From an uncultured virus (IMG/VR IMGVR_UViG_3300002133_000084) (Duplodnaviria; Heunggongvirae; Uroviricota; Caudoviricetes): a DNA stretch of 64,000 bases. Of the stretch, positions 41,899-50,154 are shown one piece after another. The notes under the pieces are model-generated. The model saw nothing but the letters and a program-made list of their open reading frames with translations, was not told the origin of the DNA and searched no databases. The translations under genes and the position numbers were made by a program. Numbering within the stretch: position 1 is the first letter of the stretch; every line of letters starts with the position of its first letter. The stretch is taken from the IMG/VR virus record IMGVR_UViG_3300002133_000084; one strand, 5' to 3'.

Positions 41899-42512
41899 AG
41901 AATTTTGAGCAGCAACTAGCACCGGGATCAACTGGGGCCATTATGCGGCTCCCAGCCGGTGTTCACGTTACGGCTATCGGCGCCTCGTTTCCGGTGGACA
42001 TGCCTATAGAAGACTGGATATCCTTCGGCAGGTTGCACTACACTACGGCGCAGTCGATGGTTTGGATTCTGGTTGATTGGATTAAGTTTGGCCAGAAGGC
42101 CTATGGTGAGAAGTATAGGGAGGCATTGGAGCAGACTGGATATGCATACCAGACGCTCATAAATATGGTGTCGGTAGACAATAGAATATACCGACGTCGG
42201 TATAACCTCTCCTTTTCATTGCACGCCGCAGTGGCCCGCCTGGAGCCAGAAAAGCAGGATGAGGTGCTGGACATGGCAGAGCGCGACGACATGTCCGTTC
42301 GTCAGGTGCGCGATGTGGTGAGGAGCATGGGATCAAAGTCATCATCCAACTTGGATAATCCTCTTGGGGTGACTAGGGCCATGCAGATAAAAGTGCGCGC
42401 GTTGTCTCTGACGGAAAAAGATTGGCTCGAGCTAAATAAGGGGGAGCGCCTAAAGGCGATAGAGCACTTCAATGAAGCGAGAAGTCATATGGATTACCTG
42501 GAGAACTTATGA
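41877..42512 (+). CDS. LmbU-like DNA-binding protein (candidate ParA partner)
   Basis: WILVDWIKFGQKAYGEKYREALEQTGYAYQTL..RRYNLSFSLHAAVARL. Confidence 0.6.
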   Translation: MRKNKHLENFEQQLAPGSTGAIMRLPAGVHVTAIGASFPVDMPIEDWISFGRLHYTTAQSMVWILVDWIKFGQKAYGEKYREALEQTGYAYQTLINMVSVDNRIYRRRYNLSFSLHAAVARLEPEKQDEVLDMAERDDMSVRQVRDVVRSMGSKSSSNLDNPLGVTRAMQIKVRALSLTEKDWLELNKGERLKAIEHFNEARSHMDYLENL

Positions 42513-43000
42513 TGACTAAGAAAAAGGCCCCCAAGAGAAAGAATGATACCCAATTACCGGAGGCCGATTGGAAAAAGTACAGAACAAATCTAGCCACTTA
42601 CTATGTGGGAATCCCCCTTAAGGAGAGAATGGAGAAGCTGTCTGATGGCGCCACTAAGGCTGCTGGCAGTCGAATAACCAAGTCAGCTCTCATTAAGAAG
42701 GTGTTTTCTACCATAGATGATGAGGAGCTGGTGTATGTAGTGGAGCCGGGGCAAGGTAGGCAGGTTGGAGTATATGTGGATGGAGAGAGTGACGCGAAGA
42801 ACCTGAAGGCCAACTCCCTTAATGTGTATGCCGGCCCCACCCTAATCGATCGCATACGATCCATATCAGACATGGCCACTGCATATTATAAGCAACGGGT
42901 AAATGATTCAGCTGTGTTGCGCGCCGCCTTTGAAACACTGTCAGACGAGGAGGTGATATCATGGTTTTCACCCCCTCGTCGACGTAGAAAGCTTAAGTAG
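42509..43000 (+). CDS. Hypothetical protein with two RHH-like repeats
   Basis: Internal duplication (RITKSALIKKVFSTIDDEE / RVNDSAVLRAAFETLSDEE). Confidence 0.55.
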   Translation: MMTKKKAPKRKNDTQLPEADWKKYRTNLATYYVGIPLKERMEKLSDGATKAAGSRITKSALIKKVFSTIDDEELVYVVEPGQGRQVGVYVDGESDAKNLKANSLNVYAGPTLIDRIRSISDMATAYYKQRVNDSAVLRAAFETLSDEEVISWFSPPRRRRKLK

Positions 43001-43499
43001 ACTTACTTTTCCAGTTTGCGCGCATAGTGCGCACGAATTCAAGGGCCGCCTTGTTCTCCCTCATAGCCTCTATGTTGTTTTCGTTTTGTAGGTATCCGCG
43101 AATTTGGTTTCCATCCTCGCGATAATACCACGAGATGTTTATGTCTGGATACTTCTCCAATAGCTCAAGGTAGATCCCATTGGGTGGGCCCCAAGCCGTA
43201 TCAAAGGAGTAATGCACTGATCTGGGGCCCTCCACTATATAGATATCATTTGCATTGATATCCCATTTCGTTCCCCAGTGCATCAATCTCCAGTCGTACC
43301 AATTGTCAGCACCAAACCTGGAGATTAAGTCTTCGTCTATTTCCCCGTTGCTTGGAATGAGATCATCCAGATCATCTGGCATGGGCTTTATTTTCTGAAA
43401 GCTAAACGGGCTTTTCCCTAGTTTAACCCCCCGCTTAAAATTATTCAATACTTTAGCCGCGCCCCACACCTTTACGCGGTTGAAGCACCAGTTTGGCAT
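42993..43499 (-). CDS. DUF1281/YubB-like ferredoxin-fold protein
   Basis: MPNWC.N, NWYDWR..HWGTKWD, FDTAWGPP. Confidence 0.8.
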   Translation of the reverse strand: MPNWCFNRVKVWGAAKVLNNFKRGVKLGKSPFSFQKIKPMPDDLDDLIPSNGEIDEDLISRFGADNWYDWRLMHWGTKWDINANDIYIVEGPRSVHYSFDTAWGPPNGIYLELLEKYPDINISWYYREDGNQIRGYLQNENNIEAMRENKAALEFVRTMRANWKSKST

Positions 43500-43518
43500 T
43501 TTTCCCCCTCAATAATAG

Positions 43519-43544
43519 TGGGGGCGGGAATATTCCCGCCCCCT
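43519..43544 (-). terminator. GC-rich hairpin after 43552 gene
   Basis: GGGGCGGGAA-TA-TTCCCGCCCC. Confidence 0.5.
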
Positions 43545-43551
43545 CTTCACA

Positions 43552-44538
43552 TCAACCAGCAGCGATAGCCAGTCTCCCCCCGGGAGTGTAATCCATCAAC
43601 TCTCCCATGCCACAATCATCCTTGGATGCATCCCAAGGCGTTCCATATACCTTCAGGTTATCATCTGAAGATAGATTGGATATGCGCACCATCTTCTTGC
43701 CGCGAGAAAACGACTTCCACGCCTGTGCCATGGCCTGTGCATATCCCATGTCAGACATATTATAGTCGCCCGCACCGCGCGTGGTGTGCTTAGTGATAAA
43801 TCGGTTGGCAGCCTTTCGTGGATCGTCCTTTGCAATGCCGTCATCCCTGGATACCTGGCTCCAGAATTCAGAGGCCAGTTCCGGCTTACAGCGGTAGGTG
43901 ATGATGGCTATTGACAATAAGGATGCCTTCTTCATCCTGTTAAACATCTCGCCTCCCGTTATATCGTCAAAGAATTGACTGATTTCCGGGGCGAACTCGA
44001 TGATGATGTCCCCCAATTCATTTTCAGCCTCCCTAGTCCAGCGGCGTCCAGGCCTTTTGAAGCCGGCCTTCATCAGCTTGATGGCGGGAATGCTGTGGCG
44101 GAATTGGAATTCGCTCAGTCCAGACTGAGCTTCTGTGCCACCAGCGCGCAAACGATCGTGGGTGCCGCGCACTTCATTGTCGTCTTCGACTCCATAGAGA
44201 AACGACAGCTCTTCCTCAGTTGCGCAGCGTACGATTTTAATCGTATAGTGGATATCCACCTCGGCGCACATCTGCCCCCACAGGCGATGATTGCCATTTA
44301 TGATATAGCAGTTGCCGTCGTAGATGGCTAGAGTGATGGTGCTACCTTCGCCCCACTTGCCGGCGGCCATTTCCACGCGATACCTATCCACCACAGAGTC
44401 GCGAATGGGGCGCTGCCCCTTGAATCGATAGTTCTCTATCCAGTATTCGGCCATCTCGGCCGTTACCTTGTGGACGATGGCGTTCCACTTCTTGCGTTGG
44501 TTGTATCCGGGCAACTGCCTGTAGTCTAATTTATTCAC
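43552..44538 (-). CDS. ParB/Srx-like N-terminal domain protein (paralog of 60450-61424)
   Basis: VTAEMAEYW..GQRPIR..INGNHRL; GTG start after GGGAGG. Confidence 0.6.
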   Translation of the reverse strand: MNKLDYRQLPGYNQRKKWNAIVHKVTAEMAEYWIENYRFKGQRPIRDSVVDRYRVEMAAGKWGEGSTITLAIYDGNCYIINGNHRLWGQMCAEVDIHYTIKIVRCATEEELSFLYGVEDDNEVRGTHDRLRAGGTEAQSGLSEFQFRHSIPAIKLMKAGFKRPGRRWTREAENELGDIIIEFAPEISQFFDDITGGEMFNRMKKASLLSIAIITYRCKPELASEFWSQVSRDDGIAKDDPRKAANRFITKHTTRGAGDYNMSDMGYAQAMAQAWKSFSRGKKMVRISNLSSDDNLKVYGTPWDASKDDCGMGELMDYTPGGRLAIAAG

Positions 44539-44549
44539 TTTGTACCTCC

Positions 44550-45947
44550 CTATTCGTGATCTATTGGTGGTAATGCTAATACGGAATCCTGCCAATATTC
44601 TCCGTCGGATCCATTCAGTAGGGACAGGGGCCCCCTATCGACTGGTACGCAGAATAATACGGGGAATGGCTGGCGCTCGAGATCGCTCTCCGCCCAACCA
44701 TCAGTGGCATACAATACACCAGAGGGTTTCCAGCCCTGCTCTTTAATAAATCTGAAAGCCGGCCCAAAGTTGGTGCCGCCGCCGCCACATTCTTGCAGTA
44801 GGAGATGGTTGTGGCGAGTTCCTTCGTACTCATAGTGACGCAATCCTTCCTCGTTGCCGTATCCTGCGTCGTTGTCGATTACGGTTATCCTGGCCTGAGT
44901 AGCCTTTTGGATTTGGGCGATATGCCCCGACATGATCTGTCGGATCTTTAAGTCCATAGATCCAGAGGTGTCTTTGATGAAGATTAGGTGCAGTCCATTG
45001 CCGCGCCGCTTGCCGGGGTTTGTGGCGAAGCGCCGATTGGGACGCATGCGTGTGGGCATATACTTTCTGCCCATGTTTTTGTGGAGCCATCTGCGGAAGT
45101 GGTTTTCAAAGCGATAGCTTTGATACTCCAATTCCTTTAAGGCCATCAGGGCGCCAGCTGGCACTGTTCCGCGCCCTGTGCTCTTTGTTTCGTTTATGGC
45201 GTTTTCAAGTAGGGTTCGTGCTGCGGACTTAATGATTTGCTCGTTCTCTGTTACCTCATCCCCGCCGAGCTGATCCCTGATGTAGTCTTTAACTTCATCA
45301 GGGATATCATGATCGCCGCCGCTGCCCCATTGGACGTTGATGGTTATATTACCCTTGCCGCTGCCGCCGTCGCCATCCTCTTGGCCCGAGCCTTTGTCGT
45401 CCTCGTCCTCTCCGCTTTTATCCTTTTTCTCCCCTTCTCCGCCACCGCCGGATGCGTCAAAGTTTAGGGTGATTTTGGGAGACATATCCCACAGTTTTTT
45501 ATAATAATCCTCACATGTCTCATCGAGGCCGAATTTGAAGTTGTCTGAGTCTGGATAGACAACCCAATCTGGAAGGCAAGCCCTGCCTTCGCGCGCATCC
45601 CGCGTCATATCGACGTTGATGCGCATGTCCGTAGCAATGTTCCATAGATCCGGATTCTTGCCGAGGGCCCTGTCCCATGTATTTACGAATGGGTGTCCAG
45701 CCTCATGACGGAGTATCCCGATTTGCTGGCTGATGGGAAACGTATGGAAAGCCTCCTCAACCAGTATCAGGATGTACTTGCCGGCAGCCGTTGTGGATAT
45801 AGCGGCCACCTTCATTTTGCCCGCCTTTTCCTTGGGGACGTAGACGCGCCGCATCTGCCCAAGTATATAGGCGTAAAATGGGTGTTCTTGGAGGATGGTG
45901 GTGATGGACTTCCACGCCGCATCCTCCGATAATTTCCTGTCGCTCAT
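44550..45947 (-). CDS. Metallopeptidase-like + VWA domain protein (DUF2201 type), MoxR partner
   Basis: HEAGH, WNIATDMRIN, DTSGSM MIDAS, GGGGTNF, YATDGW. Confidence 0.85.
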   Translation of the reverse strand: MSDRKLSEDAAWKSITTILQEHPFYAYILGQMRRVYVPKEKAGKMKVAAISTTAAGKYILILVEEAFHTFPISQQIGILRHEAGHPFVNTWDRALGKNPDLWNIATDMRINVDMTRDAREGRACLPDWVVYPDSDNFKFGLDETCEDYYKKLWDMSPKITLNFDASGGGGEGEKKDKSGEDEDDKGSGQEDGDGGSGKGNITINVQWGSGGDHDIPDEVKDYIRDQLGGDEVTENEQIIKSAARTLLENAINETKSTGRGTVPAGALMALKELEYQSYRFENHFRRWLHKNMGRKYMPTRMRPNRRFATNPGKRRGNGLHLIFIKDTSGSMDLKIRQIMSGHIAQIQKATQARITVIDNDAGYGNEEGLRHYEYEGTRHNHLLLQECGGGGTNFGPAFRFIKEQGWKPSGVLYATDGWAESDLERQPFPVLFCVPVDRGPLSLLNGSDGEYWQDSVLALPPIDHE

Positions 45948-45955
45948 CGTCTCTC

Positions 45956-46759
45956 CTATTTCTTTAATCCTACTTCAAACTTTGTTTTATCCTCTTTCAA
46001 GCCACCCCCAGGCATGCTAGTTATGCCCGTCGACTCCATATACTCTTTCATAGATCCGGAGTCGATCGACTTCTTTGTTTTTATTAGGCGCTTAGCTGGA
46101 TTGAGCCGGCGAATAGAGTTAATAGCTTCTTCGCTATCGGTTACTATTACCTCTCCATCTGTAACCGCAACGCCTTTTATGGGGAACTGGGGATTGTCAT
46201 CCAGAAACTCTCTCACCCCATTTAAATCCAGCTCCACCTTGGTTTCCAATAGGATGGATTCCAAGTCTAGATTTTCTTCGACGTGCCGGATCATCAGATT
46301 TTCGTCGGTTACAGCAAGCTTGCCAGCCTCTCTGACGATGCGCACATAACCATCTGGAAGGGAGAATGATCCAGTTCCGTCCGATCTCCAAGCGATTAAA
46401 TCTTCGTGCGCGTAGAGAAATTGCTCCAGCTGGTGATCGCGAAAGGATTCCTCGTTCTCAATCTGCTCCTCTGTACGCTTGCGATATTCGCGTGATTGAG
46501 CTACGGAATCCTTGATCTTTTCGCTGATGTAATCTTTTCTTCTGCGAAGAATCTTTTTGCGCTTCAAGATCCAGTTGGCGTAGTTTAGATCGATATCGGG
46601 CTGCTCTGCATCTTCTTGCCCAAAGGGATCATTGGCTTCACTGAGGAATTCATTTACCATGGACTCCTCTCGTTGCAGCGCCTCCAGATCGCTCATTATA
46701 TCTACTTCGGGTATGGGTATATCCTCCATCATTCGATCTGGAACTTCTACCTCACTCAT
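45956..46759 (-). CDS. Mu Gam-like host-nuclease inhibitor family protein
   Basis: ANWILKR coiled coil followed by SFSLPDGYVRI and IKTKKSID repeats. Confidence 0.5.
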   Translation of the reverse strand: MSEVEVPDRMMEDIPIPEVDIMSDLEALQREESMVNEFLSEANDPFGQEDAEQPDIDLNYANWILKRKKILRRRKDYISEKIKDSVAQSREYRKRTEEQIENEESFRDHQLEQFLYAHEDLIAWRSDGTGSFSLPDGYVRIVREAGKLAVTDENLMIRHVEENLDLESILLETKVELDLNGVREFLDDNPQFPIKGVAVTDGEVIVTDSEEAINSIRRLNPAKRLIKTKKSIDSGSMKEYMESTGITSMPGGGLKEDKTKFEVGLKK

Positions 46760-46781
46760 AACATTCCTTTCTTTATTGTTT

Positions 46782-46984
46782 TGTTCCTGCTAATTTTCGC
46801 GCGCATTGTCCGTAACCTGCCTGCACGGGACAGGACGTCCGTGGCAGGCGGTGGAGACACGCGCGCGGGGATCTTGCGCGTCCTACCGCCATAAAGGGCG
46901 CTAGGCCTGATGGCAGTGGACTAGCATTTTCCACTACTTCTACTTCCAGTCTCGTCGATTCGACGAGCATCTACACCAGGAACA
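46782..46984 (-). ncRNA. Retron-like msr-msd cassette 3
   Basis: IR TGTTCCTG; G.G; CTCGTC-GAATC-GACGAG. Confidence 0.75.
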
Positions 46985-47104
46985 TTGCTCTGCATTGGCG
47001 GATCCGATCCGCCTATGCCTGGGTGTCCGTCCACCTCACGGATAGCGTGCGCGAACACCTTTATCTACTTCCATGCCAGTGATTCACCGGCTCTTTACCA
47101 ATGT
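46982..47104 (-). ncRNA. Retron-like msr-msd cassette 4
   Basis: IR ACATTG; G.G; GCCGGT-GAATC-ACTGGC (G-U on minus). Confidence 0.7.
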
Positions 47105-47124
47105 ATAGGCTAAAATTTTAAGTC

Positions 47125-47267
47125 CGCAGCTGTGAGGCCTGGCTCGTCGACGTTCGAGATCTTCGCTGGTTTTATAGCGCAGTTCACGACGTCGACGAAG
47201 CCCGCGCCCCTTGTTTGGGCATCGCCTAACGGCGCATTGGCTCCGATGCGAAGCCTGTATATCTGCG
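47125..47267 (-). ncRNA. Retron-like cassette 5 (variant)
   Basis: Short IR CGCAG; A opposite G; GGCTTC-GCATC-GGAGCC. Confidence 0.5.
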
Positions 47268-47498
47268 AGGGGGAGGAGGCCAATGCAAAACCTCCACCCC
47301 CGGGTAACGGCATCTCACCTGGCGTACTACTAAGCCCCCCATTCTTTATACCTTACTGGGCATACCTTGGTGGTGAGATTGCGCCAGCCAGAAAGACGCT
47401 GACTACCGTATAAATAGACTGGACGGGCAGCCTAGCACAGCGAACGCGATAGTGGGCTTCCATCGATTGGAGCCCTAATTCTGCCCGTCCTTTTTAAA

Positions 47499-47575
47499 TG
47501 GTACACCCAGCAGGACTCGAACCTGCAACCGTCTGCTTAGAAGGCAGATGCTCTATCCAGTTGAGCTATAGGTGC
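47499..47575 (-). tRNA. tRNA-Arg (anticodon UCU) with encoded CCA
   Basis: GCACCTATAGCTCAACTGGATAGAGCATCTGCCTTCTAAGCAGACGGTTGCAGGTTCGAGTCCTGCTGGGTGTACCA cloverleaf. Confidence 0.97.
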
Positions 47576-47585
47576 AAATAATAGT

Positions 47586-47946
47586 GGGTTGCAGTCCACC
47601 CATTGCGGGAAGCCTGGGAAGTTCCGGTTGAGAAACTTGGACAGTTCAAAACGTAACTTGTCCCAGGTTATTGGTGGTTAGCCAGCTCCACCCGTTAGGG
47701 TTTCGTTGCTGGATCGCCGTTGTCCCCTTTATGCTTACCACTAGTACGCCCTTGAATCGTTTGAGTCTTGCACCCTTAAGTCTTGAGTCTTTCCCCTTCC
47801 GATATGTAACCTCGTCTGGTTGTCAGATTTCAAGTCTGATAGTTGGCGCCTTTCTAACGCTCAAGCGGCGCTGTCCGATTTTTGCCGATTTTCTGGATCA
47901 CTCCAGGCCACCGAAGTGGCTATCTCCGCACGTCGAACTGCAACCC
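47586..47946 (-). ncRNA. Large structured element of unknown class downstream of DIP1984-like gene
   Basis: Closing IR GGGTTGCAGT/ACTGCAACCC; cUUCGg hairpin on minus; internal multi-stem. Confidence 0.6.
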
Positions 47947-48059
47947 TATCCTCTCTTTTCTTCTGGTGTGTTGGGTACTACTTGCTAGATACACAAGTAG
48001 TCGCCCATTTGCCGGTTACTGTCTTTCAATGCCGACTATACGCCGGCTTCCATGAGAGG

Positions 48060-48620
48060 CTATTTAGCTAGAGCCGAAACGCGCGCTATGAAGTCTTCAC
48101 CCTCCTCGACAATGTCTGTAGTGGCATTGATGACTTCTAGTGTGCCATCGATCTCTGCCGGCTCACTACGGAATATCTCAGTGAACTCGTCGCGCTGCGC
48201 GGGCTGATAGCAGCGTATGATCTTTACATCAATTATTTCGTCGTTGCTCTGACGCATCTGCCCCTCTTTCCGTCCGCCGTCGTTGAGGGATGCCCATGCA
48301 TTACGTTCTAGGGCAGCCATGGTTTGGCGGCGGAAGATCCACTCTTGGATGGTGCGCTTGATCTGCTTTCCACCCAGTTCGATGGTTACGGGGGTTATGG
48401 CGTTAGTGCGCGTGATGGCCAACCGCAGGCGCATCACTTCGCGTAGGCAATCGCGGTGAGAATCGAGCCATTCCTGGATCTTCTTCGACTGATCTTCCTT
48501 AGTGCCATACACTGGAGTCTCGACGGAAAGGTAGGCGGCGTGCTTGCTTATTTTTTGACGTAGATCTTCTGCTTTGTCTAGCAGGTTATCGCGCTTTCTC
48601 ATTGCTTCTATAATCTTCAT
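48060..48620 (-). CDS. DIP1984-like coiled-coil protein
   Basis: MKIIEAMR..DL..KI..LRLAITRTNAIT..EIDGTLEVINATTDI; true start at 48620 (AAGGA RBS). Confidence 0.6.
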   Translation of the reverse strand: MKIIEAMRKRDNLLDKAEDLRQKISKHAAYLSVETPVYGTKEDQSKKIQEWLDSHRDCLREVMRLRLAITRTNAITPVTIELGGKQIKRTIQEWIFRRQTMAALERNAWASLNDGGRKEGQMRQSNDEIIDVKIIRCYQPAQRDEFTEIFRSEPAEIDGTLEVINATTDIVEEGEDFIARVSALAK

Positions 48621-48643
48621 GCTTTTATCCTTTCTTAAGTGAT

Positions 48644-48819
48644 GCTCTTCTCGTATTACAGCTCGTGAGTGAAACGGGAACCGTTGTATCACGAGTTGAT
48701 ACCTCGGGGCCCCTGGTGGGCCACAGAGTGTAGGCTCGCACGGAACGTGTGGCCCTGCGGGGCCCCTTAGTTTCGCACTGCTAGACTACCTCAGCGATTC
48801 GCTGAGAAAAATGAAGAGC
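48644..48819 (-). ncRNA. Retron-like cassette 6 (A-branch type)
   Basis: IR GCTCTTC; A.A; CTCAGC-GAATC-GCTGAG. Confidence 0.75.
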
Positions 48820-48826
48820 TAATTGC

Positions 48827-49009
48827 GACTTTTCTTGAGTCCTCAGCTCCTCTCCTGATGTTTCATAGTCAGGAGGGAGGAGCTGTGGCTTCCAGCGCCG
48901 TGCAACGGTGTGCTCGCAGTGTAACGGAGTGCACAAGTGCAGCGGCGTCCTGGTTTTAACAGCACCTTATTGGCATCCTCAGCGATTCGCTGAGAAAAAA
49001 TGAAAAGTC
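48827..49009 (-). ncRNA. Retron-like cassette 7 (A-branch type)
   Basis: IR GACTTTTC; A.A; CTCAGC-GAATC-GCTGAG. Confidence 0.75.
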
Positions 49010-49011
49010 TT

Positions 49012-49230
49012 CCTCTTTGGAGAGTCATCCGTTGGCTGGTGGGCGACACTTTGTGAGCTCACCAGCGGTTGGATGGCGCCCTAGTTTCCGGAGATGTGTT
49101 GCCAGCGAGTCGTCTTCTCGTTTTACATGGACGTAAAACGGAGGGACGCTCGCGTGGCATACGCACGACGGTAAATTGATCGCGCCACATCTCACTAGTC
49201 AATCCCTGCGTTTCGCAGGGGAGTATGAGG
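49012..49230 (-). ncRNA. Retron-like cassette 8 (A-branch type)
   Basis: Only 4-bp IR CCTC; A.A; CCCTGC-GAAAC-GCAGGG. Confidence 0.6.
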
Positions 49231-49234
49231 CTTA

Positions 49235-49334
49235 GAGACTCCTTTACTACAGAGCAATCTTCTTTAACGATAGCGATGATATGTAGATCTGCTTCTTTCT
49301 TGGGTGACGATACGACACCCTTATGACGAGTCTC
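49235..49334 (-). ncRNA. Retron-like cassette 9 (short)
   Basis: IR GAGACTC; G.G; GGGTGTC-GTATC-GTCACCC. Confidence 0.7.
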
Positions 49335-49341
49335 ACTTTCT

Positions 49342-49501
49342 AGCATTCCTTAGGCTGAACCTGGAGTATCCTGGTGAAGCCATCTAACGGGGGGCTCACC
49401 TTTCCCTCCGTCATGGTGCGGTAAGGCTCTTGTGCTCAAATAGCATTAAGGGCGATCCCGCAAACAACATTGAAGGCGTTGCGCCTCCGTAAACGAATGC
49501 T
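49342..49501 (-). ncRNA. Retron-like cassette 10
   Basis: IR AGCATTC; G.G; GGAGGC-GCAAC-GCCTTC. Confidence 0.75.
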
Positions 49502-49653
49502 CGGCAATTTCTAAATCTCGTATGGCCTGGGCTCATAACGGCTTCAACGCCGCGGTATGCGTTGGGCCGAGTTGAGCAAGGGCCGTATGGGATTTATTTT
49601 ATTGACATCACTGTTCGCTTCAGTGGCCATGCGCCACCTATAACAAATTGCCG
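49502..49653 (-). ncRNA. Retron-like cassette 11
   Basis: IR CGGCAATTT; G.G; GTGGC-GCATG-GCCAC. Confidence 0.78.
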
Positions 49654-49664
49654 TACTGCTACTT

Positions 49665-49822
49665 TATCAGTCCCTTGGAGTGTCTGGGGCGCCTCTGGCA
49701 GGCATGGCCCCAGACGCTGTGCAAATCTGATAAACCTCGAGCCCCCAGCTAGAGGTGCTCAGATTGATCTGCACGCTGTTTATGTCAATACTGGCCATTC
49801 GCCAGCAAATAACGGACTGATA
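49665..49822 (-). ncRNA. Retron-like cassette 12
   Basis: IR TATCAGTCC; G.G; CTGGC-GAATG-GCCAG. Confidence 0.78.
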
Positions 49823-49824
49823 CA

Positions 49825-49995
49825 TGTCAACTCCTCGAAGGTAGCTAAGCCTCGCCACGATTTTTGGGGCGTCGCTTAGTCCCGTAGTACATGTCGTCTT
49901 GGAAGAGTAGCGTAGCGTTGCTCGTTCCGAGACGCCAGAGTGGCGTGCTGCATACACTGCCTTGCTGGCCTTACGCCAGCGCAGACGAGTTGACA
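49825..49995 (-). ncRNA. Retron-like cassette 13
   Basis: IR TGTCAACTC; G.G; GCTGGC-GTAAG-GCCAGC. Confidence 0.75.
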
Positions 49996-50154
49996 AATCT
50001 TTCTTCTTGAAGAAGCCTGGTGTCAACCAGGCAGTTCCTGTCCTCAGACTTCTTGAGAACGTGCCGGCTGCTTGCGGCCGGTACCGGCTTATTCTCAACG
50101 ACAGGGTGATATTTCCCAGCAGGCGATACGCCTGCAAAATAACAAGAAAGATTT
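49995..50154 (-). ncRNA. Retron-like cassette 14
   Basis: IR AAATCTTTCTT; G.G; GCAGGC-GTATC-GCCTGC; begins at the MoxR stop codon. Confidence 0.8.

Noticed and set aside
48843..50137. ORF-track ORFs over the array (48843, 49059, 49562, 49667, 49962)
   Set aside because: No RBS, atypical composition, and they cross cassette boundaries; likely spurious
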